This document shows positions 37,814 to 50,345 of a DNA stretch of 64,000 bases, one piece after another; position 1 is the stretch's first letter; every line of letters begins with the position of its first letter. The stretch is from Octopus sinensis. Its lineage: Eukaryota. Where the stretch lies: positions 119,970,001 through 120,034,000 of the forward strand of contig NC_043000.1 of assembly GCF_006345805.1 (NCBI RefSeq). Direction: 5' to 3'. The notes below the pieces were generated by a model. The model was given only the letters and a program-made list of their open reading frames with translations, made no database searches and was not told the origin of the DNA. The translations under genes and the position numbers were made by a program.

Positions 37814-37862
37814 TAATTCCAGTTTGCAATTTTCAAAATAAGTATGGAATTTTCATGGGTAA

Positions 37863-38125
37863 TACTCTCTTTACTCTTTTACTTGTTTCAGACATTTGAC
37901 TGTGGCCATGCTGGAGCACCGCTTTTAGTCTAGCAAATCCACCCTAAAACTTATTCTTTGAAGCCTAGTACTTATTCTATCGGTCTCTTTTTTGCTGAAC
38001 CGCTAATGTAACAGGACTGTAAACACACCAGCATCGGTTGTCAAGCGATGTTGGGGAGACAAACACAGACACACAAACATACACACACACACACACACAC
38101 ATATCTATTTATCTATCTGTCTATC

Positions 38126-38177
<52 letters not shown>

Positions 38178-38352
38178 TACACGCACATATATGCGACGGT
38201 CTTCTTTCCATTTCCCTCTGCCAAATCCACTCACAAGGCTTTAGTCGATCCGAGGCTATAGTAGAAGCCATTTGCCCAAGGTGCCATGCAGGGGGACTGA
38301 ACCTGGAACCATGTGGTTGGTAAGCAAGCTTCTTACCACACAGCCACTCCTG
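37863..38352 (-). mobile_element. SINE family A
   Basis: Family match with an expanded internal microsatellite. Confidence 0.9.
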
Positions 38353-38981
38353 CTAGTTATTATTCATCATCATTGTCCATTGTCATCATCATGTCATTGT
38401 AGTTGTTATCGTCATCATCGTAAGAGCCACTACTGCGAGAAATGCAATTTCAGTATGTTTCTTACATGATTCTTGTCTGCTTTCCATTCTGCAGGCATTT
38501 AATCTGAGGTGTTAGACTATCAAACATGTGAACTGTTGGTGCCAAACTAGAAACACATTATTGTGCAGTTGCTGATTAGCTGCAGAACCGTTATTATAAA
38601 GGTGTTTATTGCATTAACCACGAGAAGGAAACAGGTTTTGACTTAGAACTGTGCATGCACAACCATCACCTGCAAGCAAGTATGACTTTATATCATTAGT
38701 ATCATGCTTTCGCTTGTTGTTTTCGGTACCCATATAGTCACAAGCTGACGTAAACATACTTTTGGACCTTGTTACTCTTAACCCCATGGATTAACAAGGA
38801 AGTGACCATTGCAGAAAAAGAGGATTAAGGTGGTGTTAATTAAAAATTACCAAGGGTGGGTGTGTGGTAAGTAGCTTGCTTACCAGCCACATGGTTCTGG
38901 GCAAGTGTCTTCTACTAAAGCCTCAGGTCAACCAAAGCCTTGTGAGTGGATTTGATAGATGGAAACTGAAAGAATCCCAAC

Positions 38982-39055
<74 letters not shown>

Positions 39056-39139
39056 GTGTCTGTGTTTGCTCCCAAAGAAAAAGAGCATTAAGCTGATGTT
39101 AATTAAAAACAAACCCTAAGGGGCAAAGAAAAATAAAAA

Positions 39140-39465
39140 AGGTTGCACTCCATCGGTTATGACGAGGAGTTTAAGTTGATTTGATCAATGGAATAGTTTG
39201 CCTGTGAAATTAATGTGCAAGTGGTGGAGTACTCCACAGGCATGCATTCCCTCAGCATAGTTCTCAAGGAGACTCAGCATAACACATGATGTGACAAGGC
39301 TGGCCCTTTGAAATGCAGGTACTACTCATTTTTGGCAGCTGAGTGAACTGGAGCAACATGAAATAAAGTGTCTTGCTCAAGGAGACAATGCATCACCCGG
39401 AATCGAACTCAAAGCCTTATGACCATGAGCTGAATGTCCTAACCACTAGGCCACACACCTCCACT
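39140..39465 (-). mobile_element. tRNA-derived SINE (family C head, long body)
   Basis: Same family as 23590-23884; ends ...gtcctaaccactaggccacacacctcc. Confidence 0.8.
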
Positions 39466-41034
39466 GATGCTTATTTACTGCTGAGCTCACAGGAGCAATA
39501 TAAAGCGACGTAACTGGCTCAAGGAGACAACATGCTCTCTCTTCAGGAATCGAACCCATGCTCCTATGATTTTGAGACCAAGGTGCTACACAGTGGGACT
39601 GAACCCGGAACCATGTGGCTGGTAAGCAAGCTACTTACCACACAGCCACTCCTGGTATTTTTTGTTTTTGTCAAATAAACACATGCACTATATATTTTTT
39701 CTTCACTCATGTCCATTGTTTGGAAATCTTTCTTCACACATCTGTGACCTCTTCAGTGACACTTTTCATTTTCATATGTCTTCTTGCTCCACTTACTCCA
39801 TTCTGTTCTTCTAAGATGTGTATCGAAATCCAGTCACAAGGCTTTGGTCGGCCCAAGGCTATAGTAGAAGACACTCGCCCAAGTTGCCACGCAGTGAGAC
39901 TTGAACCCAGAATCATATGGTTGGTTAGCAAGCTACTTGCCACACAGCCACTCCTGGTAACTTGATCTCCTTCCTTTACCTTAAAAAGCCGGAACAAACA
40001 CCAGGAAGCATTCTATGTCAGACTCACTTGTAATTCTGTTAGCTCACCACCCTAATTCTCCCAGTTAGACATTGTTTACTGTAGTCCAGTCTAATCCTTT
40101 CTCTATCACAGAATCACTGCTTCACTACCTTGCCAGTTTACCATTAGTTGAATTTATATAGAAATCAACTGAAATATGGGTGTCGGAGTTCTGCTGTCTG
40201 AGCTGTGACAGTGATTGACTTCTCTTGTTACTTCAGCAACAGAAGTTCGTATGAATTCTTTACTTCATTCCTCGAAGAATTGTGCATCGAAATTCATTCG
40301 CATGAATGATAAATGTTATCGTCAGTTATTTAGCAGATTCCACGCTTATTCTGATGGTTATTTGATAAAACAATTTGATTAATTATACACCAAACACCTT
40401 CCTTTCTAACCCCACTTTTTTTTTGTTTTTTGTTTTTCAATAATCAAAGCAGAACCTTTATCTACAGCAAAAGCCCCAATTTAATGAAAGCAACTCTCTC
40501 CCTCAGTTCAATAATTCAGTCTCATTTAATCTGTGCTTTCTATGTTTTTTTTGTTTTTTTTTTTACCATTCTTTCATTCCTTTATCTCTTTGACAACATG
40601 ATTAATGAAGAACAACTAAAAAGAAGGGGAAAAAATAATTAAAATAACAGTAATAATAAATAAATAAACTGCTATTATATTAAGTTACAATATTGGCACT
40701 TGCAGCATTTCTGCACTTGACAGTGTTAATAGTATTCTGAACTTATTGCATCTTCGTGTAGTTTCCTTAAAAAGAAAAGCCATGACGTTCTCAAAAAATG
40801 TTAACTTGCTGTCATTCTTCATGGCTGTTATCAAAAATAGCTGCTCTGTTCAATTGGCTTCTCCTCATTTACTTTGCAAATTGTCCCCGCTTCCTTCACA
40901 CCCTGTCTGAATTAGGTTTTTTTTACCCTCTTTTTTAAATGGTTTATATTTATTTTGCGATGGGATAGCTGTGTGGTTAAGGTAGTTGGCATCTGATTAT
41001 AGAAATATCAGTTACAGAAGAACACACTTGATTC

Positions 41035-41505
41035 AAATGTGTGTTGTTAAGACAGTTGCTTCGAACCATGTTATATTCAGTTCAAACTCACCTCGTGCCG
41101 TCTTGGGCAAGTGTCTTTTCCTATAATTCCCGGTTAACCAATGCCTTGTGAGTAGGATTGTTTGATGGGATTGCCTTACTGGTATACCAGCGTCGCCTTA
41201 CTGGCACGTAAAAAAATATTTGAGCGAGGTAGTCACCAGTGCCGTGGGACTGGCTCCTGTGCAGGTGGCACGTACAAAACACCATTTCACCATGGCTGTT
41301 GTCAGTACTGCCTGACTGGCCCTCATGCCAGTGGCATGTAAAAGCACCCACTACACTCACGGAGTGGTTGGTGTTAGGAAGGGCATCCAGCTGTAGAAAC
41401 TCTGCCAAATCAGATTGGAGCCTGGTGCAGCCATCTGGTTTGCCAGTCCTCAGTCAAATCGTCCAACGCTTGCCAGCATGGGAAGCAGACATTAAACGAT
41501 GATGA
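41035..41505 (+). mobile_element. Composite SINE: family A-like 5' part joined to an RTE 3' tail
   Basis: cttgggcaagtgtctt...gccttgtgagt then ggcacgtaaaa...ggaagggcatccagctgtagaaac...taaacgatgatg. Confidence 0.65.
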
Positions 41506-41585
41506 TATATATATGTGTGTATATATATATATACAAATTAATAAATAAAACATATGCATATATACATACATATATGTACGTACCT

Positions 41586-41815
41586 ACGGCGAGCTGGTAG
41601 AAACGTTAGCACGCCGGGCGAGATTCGTAGCCGTATTTCGTCTGTCGTTACGTTCCGAGTTCAAATTCCGCCGAGGTCGACTTTGCCTTTCATCCTTTCG
41701 GGGTCGGTAAATTAAGTACCAGTTACACACTGGGGTCGATGTAGTCGACTTAATCCCTTTGTCTGTCCTTGTTTGTCCCCTCTGTGTTTAGCCCCTTGTG
41801 GGTAGTAAAGAAATA
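41586..41815 (+). mobile_element. SINE family B, young copy
   Basis: ggcgagctggtagaaacgttagcacgccgggcg..., CpG-rich. Confidence 0.9.
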
Positions 41816-42640
41816 TATATGTACGTACCTACATCTACATGTATATATACATGCATATATGGGTACAGGATACCAAAAAAACGTCGAACACAATGAGAAA
41901 CGAAAACATAAACACAAAACCAAGGAAATGGACATTTTTCTTAAGCAACGAAAAAATAGAGTACAGAACATAGAACACAAGAAAAATTCCCTTTCTTCAG
42001 TCTCCTCTGCTTCATCTACTCCACATTTTGAAGGTCAAGGTGAGACACGACTTCGGTGAAACATTCCTTCCTGCAAAAAGCAAATTAAATAAAATTTGAG
42101 ATTTTTTTGCAGTGGGGTAAAAATGGTAACAAAACAGGACAGTAAAGACAGTACAAAATATAAACAGTAAAAGACAGGACAAGGAGAATAACAGTAACAC
42201 AGACAAAGAGGGCTGTTAAGCCAAATGAGAGAAAATATTATGAATTCTTCTTTTTTTGAGAACGGCGAAGGAGGCACAGAAAAGCCGTCTACACTCGAAG
42301 GAAGCAAGGTCAGAAAGACAGTAGTTTTCTCGTTGCTGACCAGCGACGGGATAGAGGAGGAGGAGTAGGAGAAAGGAAAAGAAAAAAAGGGGAATGGTTG
42401 TAGAGAAAACCAGAAAGAATGAAGAATAAGAGAGAGGGAGGGAGAGACAGTAAGGTAAAAGAAATAAATAATAATAGGGTAATAAGAAATTATTATTACC
42501 AGTGGCCTAGCACAAAAACGAATTAGTCATTAGGCCAGGTATAATCTGCGTCTGCGCAGTGGTCTGAAAAGTTAGAATATACAGGCAGTTAGATTTACAT
42601 GTGGATCTGGCTGTGTTGTGTATTTGAAATCGAAAGGCTG

Positions 42641-42709
42641 TCCCACTGATGAAACTGGCCTTCAGCAAATATTTTTTTGCTGGAGATAGTTAGAAACCAT
42701 GGTCTGGGA
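42641..42709 (+). ncRNA. Near-canonical minimal type I hammerhead ribozyme motif
   Basis: tccca|CTGATGA|aact..cttcagcaaa-tatttt-tttgctggag..agtt|a|GAAA|ccatgg|TC|tggga: perfect 5-bp stem I, long stem II, palindromic helix III, GUC site. Confidence 0.75.
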
Positions 42710-42956
42710 AATAATTGAGTTGGTAAACGTTTTTAATTTTCATTCCTTTTGAAAATTTATCCTTATTTGGTGGTTTTGAGTTTTCTACTGCTCTTTCTAG
42801 CACAAGGCTTTCCTATTTGGAAGTCTCTTATTGTATTTTTATATATATATATATATATATAGTCAATAATAATAAGAGTAAAATTAATTAATTAGTAATT
42901 AATAATTTTACCAAGCAGTGTTCAGTATGTAAAAGGACCATTTACGGTATATATAT

Positions 42957-44213
42957 ATAAGTTCTGTCCGAATTTTGAATAAAGTAAACAAGTGATCAAA
43001 TGTTATATTTAATTGTAATTTAATCATCACTGTACTTTCTCTGATTATCTATGACTTCCTTCCATCTATTTACAAGCTTTTTTATTCCATCAATGTAAAA
43101 CTCTTTTGGTTTGAAAGCGAAGAACTCTGAAATGTCAGTTTCAACCTCCTCCTGGCTTGCGAAAGTTATGTCCCCCAAATGATTCTGTAAACTATGAAAC
43201 AAATGGTAGTCTGAAGGAGCAGGGTCGGGAGAATAAGGTGGATGAGGAATTTTTTCCCAACCAAGATCTTTGATCTACTGTGATGTGATCTTTGCAGTGT
43301 GGGGTCATGCATTGTCCTGATGAAGCATCACTCCTTTTCGATTCACTAAAGCTGGTGTTTTTTTTCTTCAAAGCTTGGTTCAAAAGCTCTAATTGCTGAC
43401 AGTAGACTTGAGCATTGATTGTTGTATTAGGTAGTAACAATTCAAAGTGAATTACTCCTTTGCAATCCCACCTGATAGAGAGAAGAAACTTTCTTCCATG
43501 AATTCCCTTCTCGCTTGTTGAGCTTTTTCCTTTTTACTGAACCACTGTTTATGATGTTTAACATTTCAATAGAAGATCCATTTTTTATCACCAGTCATGA
43601 GTCTATCCAAAAAGGGTGAAATGAGTTTGCAAGAATGGAGAGAAGAGCAGATGTCAACTTGGGATTTGCGGTTGCTTTCAGACAATTCATTTTCTAAGTT
43701 TAGGAACCTTTACAAGTTGTTGAAGATGACGATGAACAGTTGTATGGTTTGAACTAAGCTTTATTGCCAATTCTTCAACTGATAATGCTGGATTTTCTTT
43801 AAGTAATGCCTCGAGGAGCTTATCATCAGACTCAGCTTGATGTCCTGTTTAATCTTCATCTTCAAGGCTGAAATCTCCACTTCTGAATTTTGCAAACCAT
43901 CTTCTGCAAGTTCTTTCATTCAAGCATTCTTTCCCTTAAACTGAGTGCATGTTTTGAGTCCCTTCAGCTACAGAGTTTCCTTTGTTGTATTCGCATTATG
44001 TGCCTCAAATGCTCTTTGGATATTTCCATGTTGGAAAGGGTTTTAATCAAAGAAATTTTAATTCTATTATACTGTAAAATAATATTTAATTAGTTTAAAT
44101 GTATACAAATGCATAAAAATAATTTTAAATTTCATTAGACATTCTAAAATACTATTAAATTTCATTCAATTTAAAAAAAGGTAAAATCGGACAGAACTTA
44201 TGGGATGACCTGA
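42957..44213 (-). mobile_element. Mariner (Tc1/mariner) DNA transposon, non-functional
   Basis: Terminal repeat tcggacagaacttatgggatgacctga followed by TA at the right end; only ataagttctgtccga survives at the left end; encloses a transposase pseudogene. Confidence 0.92.
43020..44029 (-). pseudogene. Mariner transposase pseudogene (stops and frameshifts)
   Basis: MEISKEHLRHIM..., ERTCRRWFAKFRSGDFSLEDE, TINAQVYCQQLE, HQDNA.PH, PHPPYSPDPAPSDYHLFHSLQNHL, and ...GIKKLVNRWKEVIDN. Confidence 0.92.
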
Positions 44214-44736
44214 TATATATATATATAAACTTTATTATTAAAGCTGCAAAAATATCACTAAAAACTGCTATTCAGAGTTTCATGATTGAGAATGGAACAA
44301 AAAATTAAGGTTGTATGTGTAAATATACAATTTACATTGACAGACACACATTTGAAATTGGTTGCGTTTCATTGGTCTTTTCGACTAACAGTTATTTTTA
44401 ATAAATGGTGATATACATAAAATTAAAATCAAAAGAATTAAAAATCATATTATGTAAAATCGAAGAAAACCTTAAATCAAAAATTAACATAGAACGAAAA
44501 AAACATATATACCCAGAGTAAATTGATTAATGGTAAAAACTTTAATTAAAATAAAATATAAGTCTGTTTATAACGATAAAATATTCACCTACAGAGATCT
44601 AACAGTATTAAAATTTAAACACACATACACTTGCATAACAAACATTCACTTATACACACACACACGGAAAAACTTATACACTAAATACACTAAATATAAA
44701 AACATTGATACAGGCATACATACATATATACACTCT

Positions 44737-45240
44737 CGGAGTGGTTGGCGTTAGGAAGGGCATCCAGCTGTAGAAACACTGCCAGATCTGACTGGCCTGG
44801 TGCAGCCTTCGGGCTCCCCAGACCCCAGTTGAACCGTCCAACCCATGCTAGCATGGAAAGCGGACGTTAAACGATGATGATGATGATGATGATACAAATA
44901 TATACAGGCAAAATATAGATGTGAATATATATACTAATGTGTATACATACATACATACATACACGCACACACACACATCATACGTCTCTGTGCGTTTCCG
45001 TGCCGGTGGCACGTAAAAAGCATCATCCGATCGTGGCCGTTTGCCAGCCTCGTCTGGCACGTAAAAAGCACCCACTACACTCATGGAGTGGTTGGCGTTA
45101 GGAAGGGCATCCAGCTGTAGAAAAATTGCCAGATCAGACTGAGCCTGGTGCAGCCTTCTGGCTTCCCAGACCCCAGTTGCACCGTCCAACCCATGCCAGC
45201 ATGGAAAGCGGATGCTAAACGATGATGATGATGATGATGA
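44737..45240 (+). mobile_element. Two RTE 3' tail copies (44737-44892, 44985-45240)
   Basis: Both end in gga(c/t)g(t/c)taaacgatgatgatg. Confidence 0.88.
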
Positions 45241-45805
45241 CAACTTTGAAAAATCAGAATAAGAAGTGGTGGTAGGAAGAAAAGAAGTGGTGTGAGGAAG
45301 AAAGGTATTTGAGTACTATTTGTTCCCACCTTGTTTCACATTTACGTGCTTACTCTGGTATATATATATATACAACCTGCTGCTTCTCCACCATTTCGTT
45401 GGCGATCGTATCTCGCTAACATCTGTATTTGTCCCCTCTACCGAAAAGGTAATTATTTCTACGCCTGCTGCTATGTTTGTTGTTTTTGTCTCATTTGGTC
45501 TAAAGTCGTATGACAACCACCGTTATATTATATTTTGTTTAACCGTTTTCAATTTCGTTTTCGTCTCTCGTATTTACATCCGTCTCGTGCGTTCACATTC
45601 CTGTCTTCTACCAAGAAATCTAATGCTTACAGCTTAGTTTTTTTTCTTGGGGCTGGCCTAGTTGGAGCAAATATCAGAATTGAACAGCCGAAATTTGCTA
45701 TGATGATTCGGTGTCTGACTGAAGATTGAAGGCTTTGAATGATTTATCTGTGTTCCGTGTTTGTCCCTTCCTGTATTTCACGTTCTTTATGTATAAAACA
45801 TTTAT

Positions 45806-45867
<62 letters not shown>

Positions 45868-46087
45868 ATCCCTCAACTGGCATGAGTGTTAAGTTCCAAA
45901 ATTCTCTTGATAGGTGAAAATCTGTGAAGTAGAAACAGCCCTGTAATGTATATAGTTTTTTTTTAATCATTTTTATAATTTGTATATATTTATTTTGTTA
46001 TAAATGCAAAACAACACCATGGTCGAATCAATGGAAGCTGAAATAATAAACCATGATAGTGAACTACAATATAGCAAGGGATTACTT

Positions 46088-46118
<31 letters not shown>

Positions 46119-46119
<1 letters not shown>

Positions 46120-46520
46120 GGCGCAGGAGTGGCTGTGTGGTAAGTAGCTTGCTAACCAACCACATGGTTCCGGGTTCAGTCCCACTGCGTGGCATCTTGG
46201 GCAAGTGTCTTCTGCTATAGCCCCGGGCCGACCAATACCTCGTGAGTGGATTTGGTAGACGGAAACTGAAAGAAGCCTGTCGTATATATGTGTGTATATA
46301 TATATATATATATGTGTGTCTGTGTTTGTCCCCCTAGCATTGCTTGACAACTGATGCTGGTGTGTTTACGTCCCTGTCACCTAGCGGTTCGGTAAAAGAG
46401 ACCGATAGAATAAGTACTGGGCTTACAAAGAATAAGTCCCGGGGTCGATTTGCTCGACTACAGGCAGTGCTCCAGCATGGCCGCAGTCAAATGACTGAAA
46501 CAAGTAAAAGAGAAAGAGTA
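46119..46520 (+). mobile_element. SINE family A, full-length young copy
   Basis: ggcgcaggagtggctgtgtggtaagtagc...gactgaaacaagtaaaagag. Confidence 0.92.
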
Positions 46521-46594
46521 TATATTAAGAAGAAAATGAAGAAAATTCTTGATCAACAAACAAATTGACTATCATCGATTATATATCATCATTA

Positions 46595-46870
46595 TTATCA
46601 TCATCATCGTTTAACATCCATTTTCCATGCTGGCATGGATTGGACAGTTTGACTGAGGTTAGGAGAGCCAGTGGCTGCACGTTTCTGCAGCTGGATGCCC
46701 AACCTAATGCCAACCACTCCGAGAGTGTAGTGGGTCCTTTTCACATGCTACTGGTACAGGAGCCAGTTAGAAGGTAGTGGCATTGGCCACATTCGGATGG
46801 TGCTTTTTATGTGTCACTGGCACAAGTGCCAGTCAGGTGGTCCTGGCATCGGTCATGTTTGGATGGTGCT
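46595..46870 (-). mobile_element. RTE 3' tail fragment
   Basis: catcatcgtttaacatcc...cagctggatgccc...gagagtgtagtggg. Confidence 0.82.
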
Positions 46871-46886
46871 TTTTACATACGACACG

Positions 46887-46919
<33 letters not shown>

Positions 46920-47440
46920 GGTCAGCCCGAAGCTATAATGGAAGACACTTGCCGAAGGTGCCACACAATAAAACTGAACCCGGAACCATGTGGTTGAAAA
47001 GCAAACTTCTTACCACACAGCCACTCTCTTAAGCAACTTATTGCTCCAAATTTTAATAAAAGGAAACCTTACATGGTCTCTGGATGAGAACCACTTGTCT
47101 AACGCCTGCTTACATGGAAAAACAGATGTTAAACAAACAACCTTTTGTTTTTCTTCCCTTCTCCCACACATAAACTTGTTGCAGTGTATTGGTATTCAGT
47201 TTTTCAGTCAATAAGTTGTTGAATTCATTTTGTTTACTTCTTTCATAAATCTTATAATTTGATCTCAACAATTCAAACTTAATATCTATGAATTGCCAAG
47301 TGCCTCATCTGATTACTGAAATTTAGATGTGTTTGTCAGAGGTCCTGCTTAATATCAAAAATGGGATATCAATTATCAAGTTTTATCATCTTGTTTCCTG
47401 TTATCCTCAAACCTTAGTCAACATCAAATCGCTCTTTTTC

Positions 47441-47444
<4 letters not shown>

Positions 47445-47472
<28 letters not shown>

Positions 47473-47930
47473 ACGTTTAATGTCCATTTTCCATGCCGGC
47501 ATGGGTTGGACAGTTCGACTGGGGTCTGGGAAGCCAGGAGGCTACACCAGGCCCCAATCTGATCTGGCAGTGTTTCTCCAGCTGGATGCTCTTCCTAATG
47601 TCAACCACACTGAGAGTGTTGTGGGTGCTTTTTACATGCCACCGGCACAGGTGCCAGAGCAGCTGGCATCGACCATGATCGGATGATGCTTTTTACATGA
47701 CACCAGCACAGAAGCCAGTCAAAGTGGCACTGGCATCAGCCACATTCAGATGGTGCTTTTCACATGCTACCGGCATGGGGGTCACAGCTACAATTTCCAT
47801 TTGATTTGATTTTGATATTGCTGTTAATGTTGATGTACTTCACTCAATAGGTCTCCTCAAGCACGGCATGTCGCCCTACAATCCAAGTTACTTTTGAGTG
47901 TGCTGGCTATGTGACACTGGTGTAGGTTAC
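47445..47930 (-). mobile_element. RTE 3' tail/UTR fragment
   Basis: (CAT)n then tttccatgccggcatgggttggac...; tandem ggtgctttttacatg units. Confidence 0.82.
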
Positions 47931-48075
47931 AGCTAGAATTCTAAATCTGTTGAGTCATCATTATCATTGTCATCGCTGTCATCATCATCATCATTTAACA
48001 TCCCTTTTTCCATGCTGGCATGGGCTGGATGGTCCGACAGGAACCAGTGAGCCAGAGGGCCGCACTGAGCTTTAA

Positions 48076-48271
48076 CCCTTTAGCGATTAAACTGACCATA
48101 TCTGGCCAAGGTAGCCAGGTCTTACCCCCTCACCCTAACCCTATAACATTATTCTAAAAATTAACAGTTACCTCATCAAAATCTCAAAGCTACAAAATAA
48201 TGCATGATTAATTCAAAACAATATAAATAAATTAGTGTTACTTCTGAGAGAATAATGTATATACTAAATAG
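48076..48271. mobile_element. piggyBac-type MITE inserted into an old RTE tail
   Basis: ttaa|ccctttagc ... actaaatag|ttaa; RTE tail sequence on both sides (47975-48070, 48272-48400). Confidence 0.7.
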
Positions 48272-48827
48272 TTAATGTCTGCGTTGTCATGGTTTCAGCA
48301 ACCAGATACCCTTCCTGCTGCTAACCACTTCACAGAGTGTACTGGATGCTTTTTTTTTATGTGGCACCAGCATTGGTGAGGTTTCCAAGTACTCACAAGG
48401 CCAAATCCCTCAACACAGTCATGTATCGTATTGAGGGATACAAAAGTATGAAAGAGGGACAGGGTCAAGTGTCTTGCTGAAGAGGTGAACTCATGACTTC
48501 CTCATTTGCAAAGAGAAGAGAGAGAAAGATATGAGTTCAAAGTATGAGGTAATAAGAAGGAACATGGTTAGAAGATATTGGATTCTGCTCTTCTGAGTAT
48601 TACCATTGTGTTCTGATTGATAGAAAGGAGTTTTTGTGGTTTTAGGCCCTCATTCAATTAATCTCAACTCACTATTGCAGGATATTGAAGAGATTATTGT
48701 AATATTATATGAAGGTGCATAGCTCATGATTCTAAGGTTGTGGGTTCAGTTCTTGAACCAGTCAGCTTTTTGTGTTCTTGAGCAAGTTACTCTACTTCAT
48801 GTTGGCCCAGTTCTTCTCTGCTGTTAA

Positions 48828-49048
48828 CCCTTTTGTTACTAACCTGATTGAAACTGGCTCTGGCTCTGCGTACAAATGTCTTTTTTTCATAAGTTTTGAA
48901 TTAAATTCTTCCATAAAACCTTAGTCACAATTTATGCTCCTAACACTAGCTTAATGATAACTAAGTTATTTTACTAAATTCGTTGTTATGCTTAAAATTA
49001 ATTGAAAGATGCACAGAGCATCTCAAAATAAATACAATAACGAAAGGG
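48828..49048. mobile_element. piggyBac-type MITE, 221 bp
   Basis: ttaa|cccttttgttac ... ataacgaaaggg|ttac; colinear with 34451-34671. Confidence 0.85.
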
Positions 49049-49639
49049 TTACTAGTATGGCTCACCCTCCATCTGTCACATCTTGGATATTCCACTTAGA
49101 TATTCCAATGGTGATGGAACCACAAAATTGTCCAAGTCTCCTCAAGGCACCTAAAGCAGTTAGAGAAAGCATTTATCCATGTTACCCAGCCACGATCATT
49201 TGCAAGTGACAGCTGGCTGCACTTAGTGTAGTATTGTGCAGCTGCTTATCCTTCGGTGTAGTCATGTTACTATAATTAAATTTATATGACAATGTTTACT
49301 ATTGTCTCTGTAATATTATAAGGTCATAATTTTTGTTTTGAAATGCATTGTTATTCTTAGTGCAATTTACACACAGTAGTCTACTTTTCAAAGTACTTGT
49401 AAAAATACAGTGATGATAATCGAAGTTGAGTTAAAAAAAAAACAATAAAAGAATAATATTTATATTAGAGCGAGAACAAAGTTTAAATAGACAGTAAGAA
49501 AATAAGTTAGCGATCAGATACTGTCTAGACTTGGCAAGTGCACCAGTTAACTTTGGAAAATTCTAGAGACATAACATTTATATGCAGTTTATATTCAGAA
49601 AGATTGTCAGATATTTGATAGTAGGGTGTAATTTCTTAC

Positions 49640-50345
49640 CATTGATTTTTATGTTCAAATGATAATTTATAGCAGTAGACCAGTCATGAAATAAGATAGA
49701 TTCTGTTTTGCTCACATTTAGGGAAATTTTATTCCATTTAACTAATGGCATAGTAGTTTAAGAGCTTTGCTAATTCTTTTTATAATAGATTTGAGACTTA
49801 TCCAAGAGTAATAGATCGTGTCATCTACGGAATGATGTTTGTTACAGAATTTCCCTGCAAAATGAAGGTTATTGATATAAAGTTTAAACAAGAGTAGTCC
49901 AAGAACCAATCCCTGTGGAACGCATCTGTTAAGTGGTTTGCTATAAGACGCAAACCCAATGATGGAGACAATTATAGAGTTTATCAAGAAGAATCTCAAC
50001 TGAGCTGTAGAAAATGTAGATCCTTTATTAGTTTGAGCAAGAGAAAGTCATGATCTATGGTGCTTAGAATTTTAAAACACCTCATGCAAAGTAACCATAA
50101 GCAAGAACCTTAAAACTGTTTTCATTATCTTGGTTTGAAATATAGCATTTTAAATGGTTTTCCTGGAAACTATACCATAATGGATAAATGCACTTAAAAT
50201 TTCCCAGTAAATTTGATAATACAAGAATACATTTACTTTTCTTATATTTTGTCAGTTTGTACAATAATTTTGTCAATATCTGAAAGCAGGAAATTGGTCA
50301 GCAGTTTTAATAGTCTAAAGTGGAATATTTCTTAAGCTTTGTGAT
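49640..50345 (-). mobile_element. CR1/L2-group LINE reverse transcriptase fragment, decayed
   Basis: Remnants STIDHDFLLLKL (cf. DTVDHxILLxKL) and VPQGLVLGLLLFKLYINNL...HSVDDT (cf. GVPQGSVLGPLLF..YIND..FADDT). Confidence 0.85.

Noticed and set aside
39721-39760. CTGAAGA gg tcaca-gatg-tgtga a GAAA on the minus strand
   Set aside because: No stem I or helix III pairing; likely chance.
41990-42070. Possible hammerhead on the minus strand (gaag...cttc AAAA tgtg; a separate CTGAAGA at 41994-42000)
   Set aside because: No U-H site after the putative helix III and the core elements are in the wrong order.
44262-44305. Half hammerhead on the minus strand (GAAA ctctgaa TA gcag)
   Set aside because: The upstream CUGANGA core and stem II are not recognisable in this copy.
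45640-45730. ggctg...cagcc GAAA and a downstream CTGAAGA
   Set aside because: No core precedes stem II, and no GAAA follows the CTGAAGA; cannot be parsed as a hammerhead.
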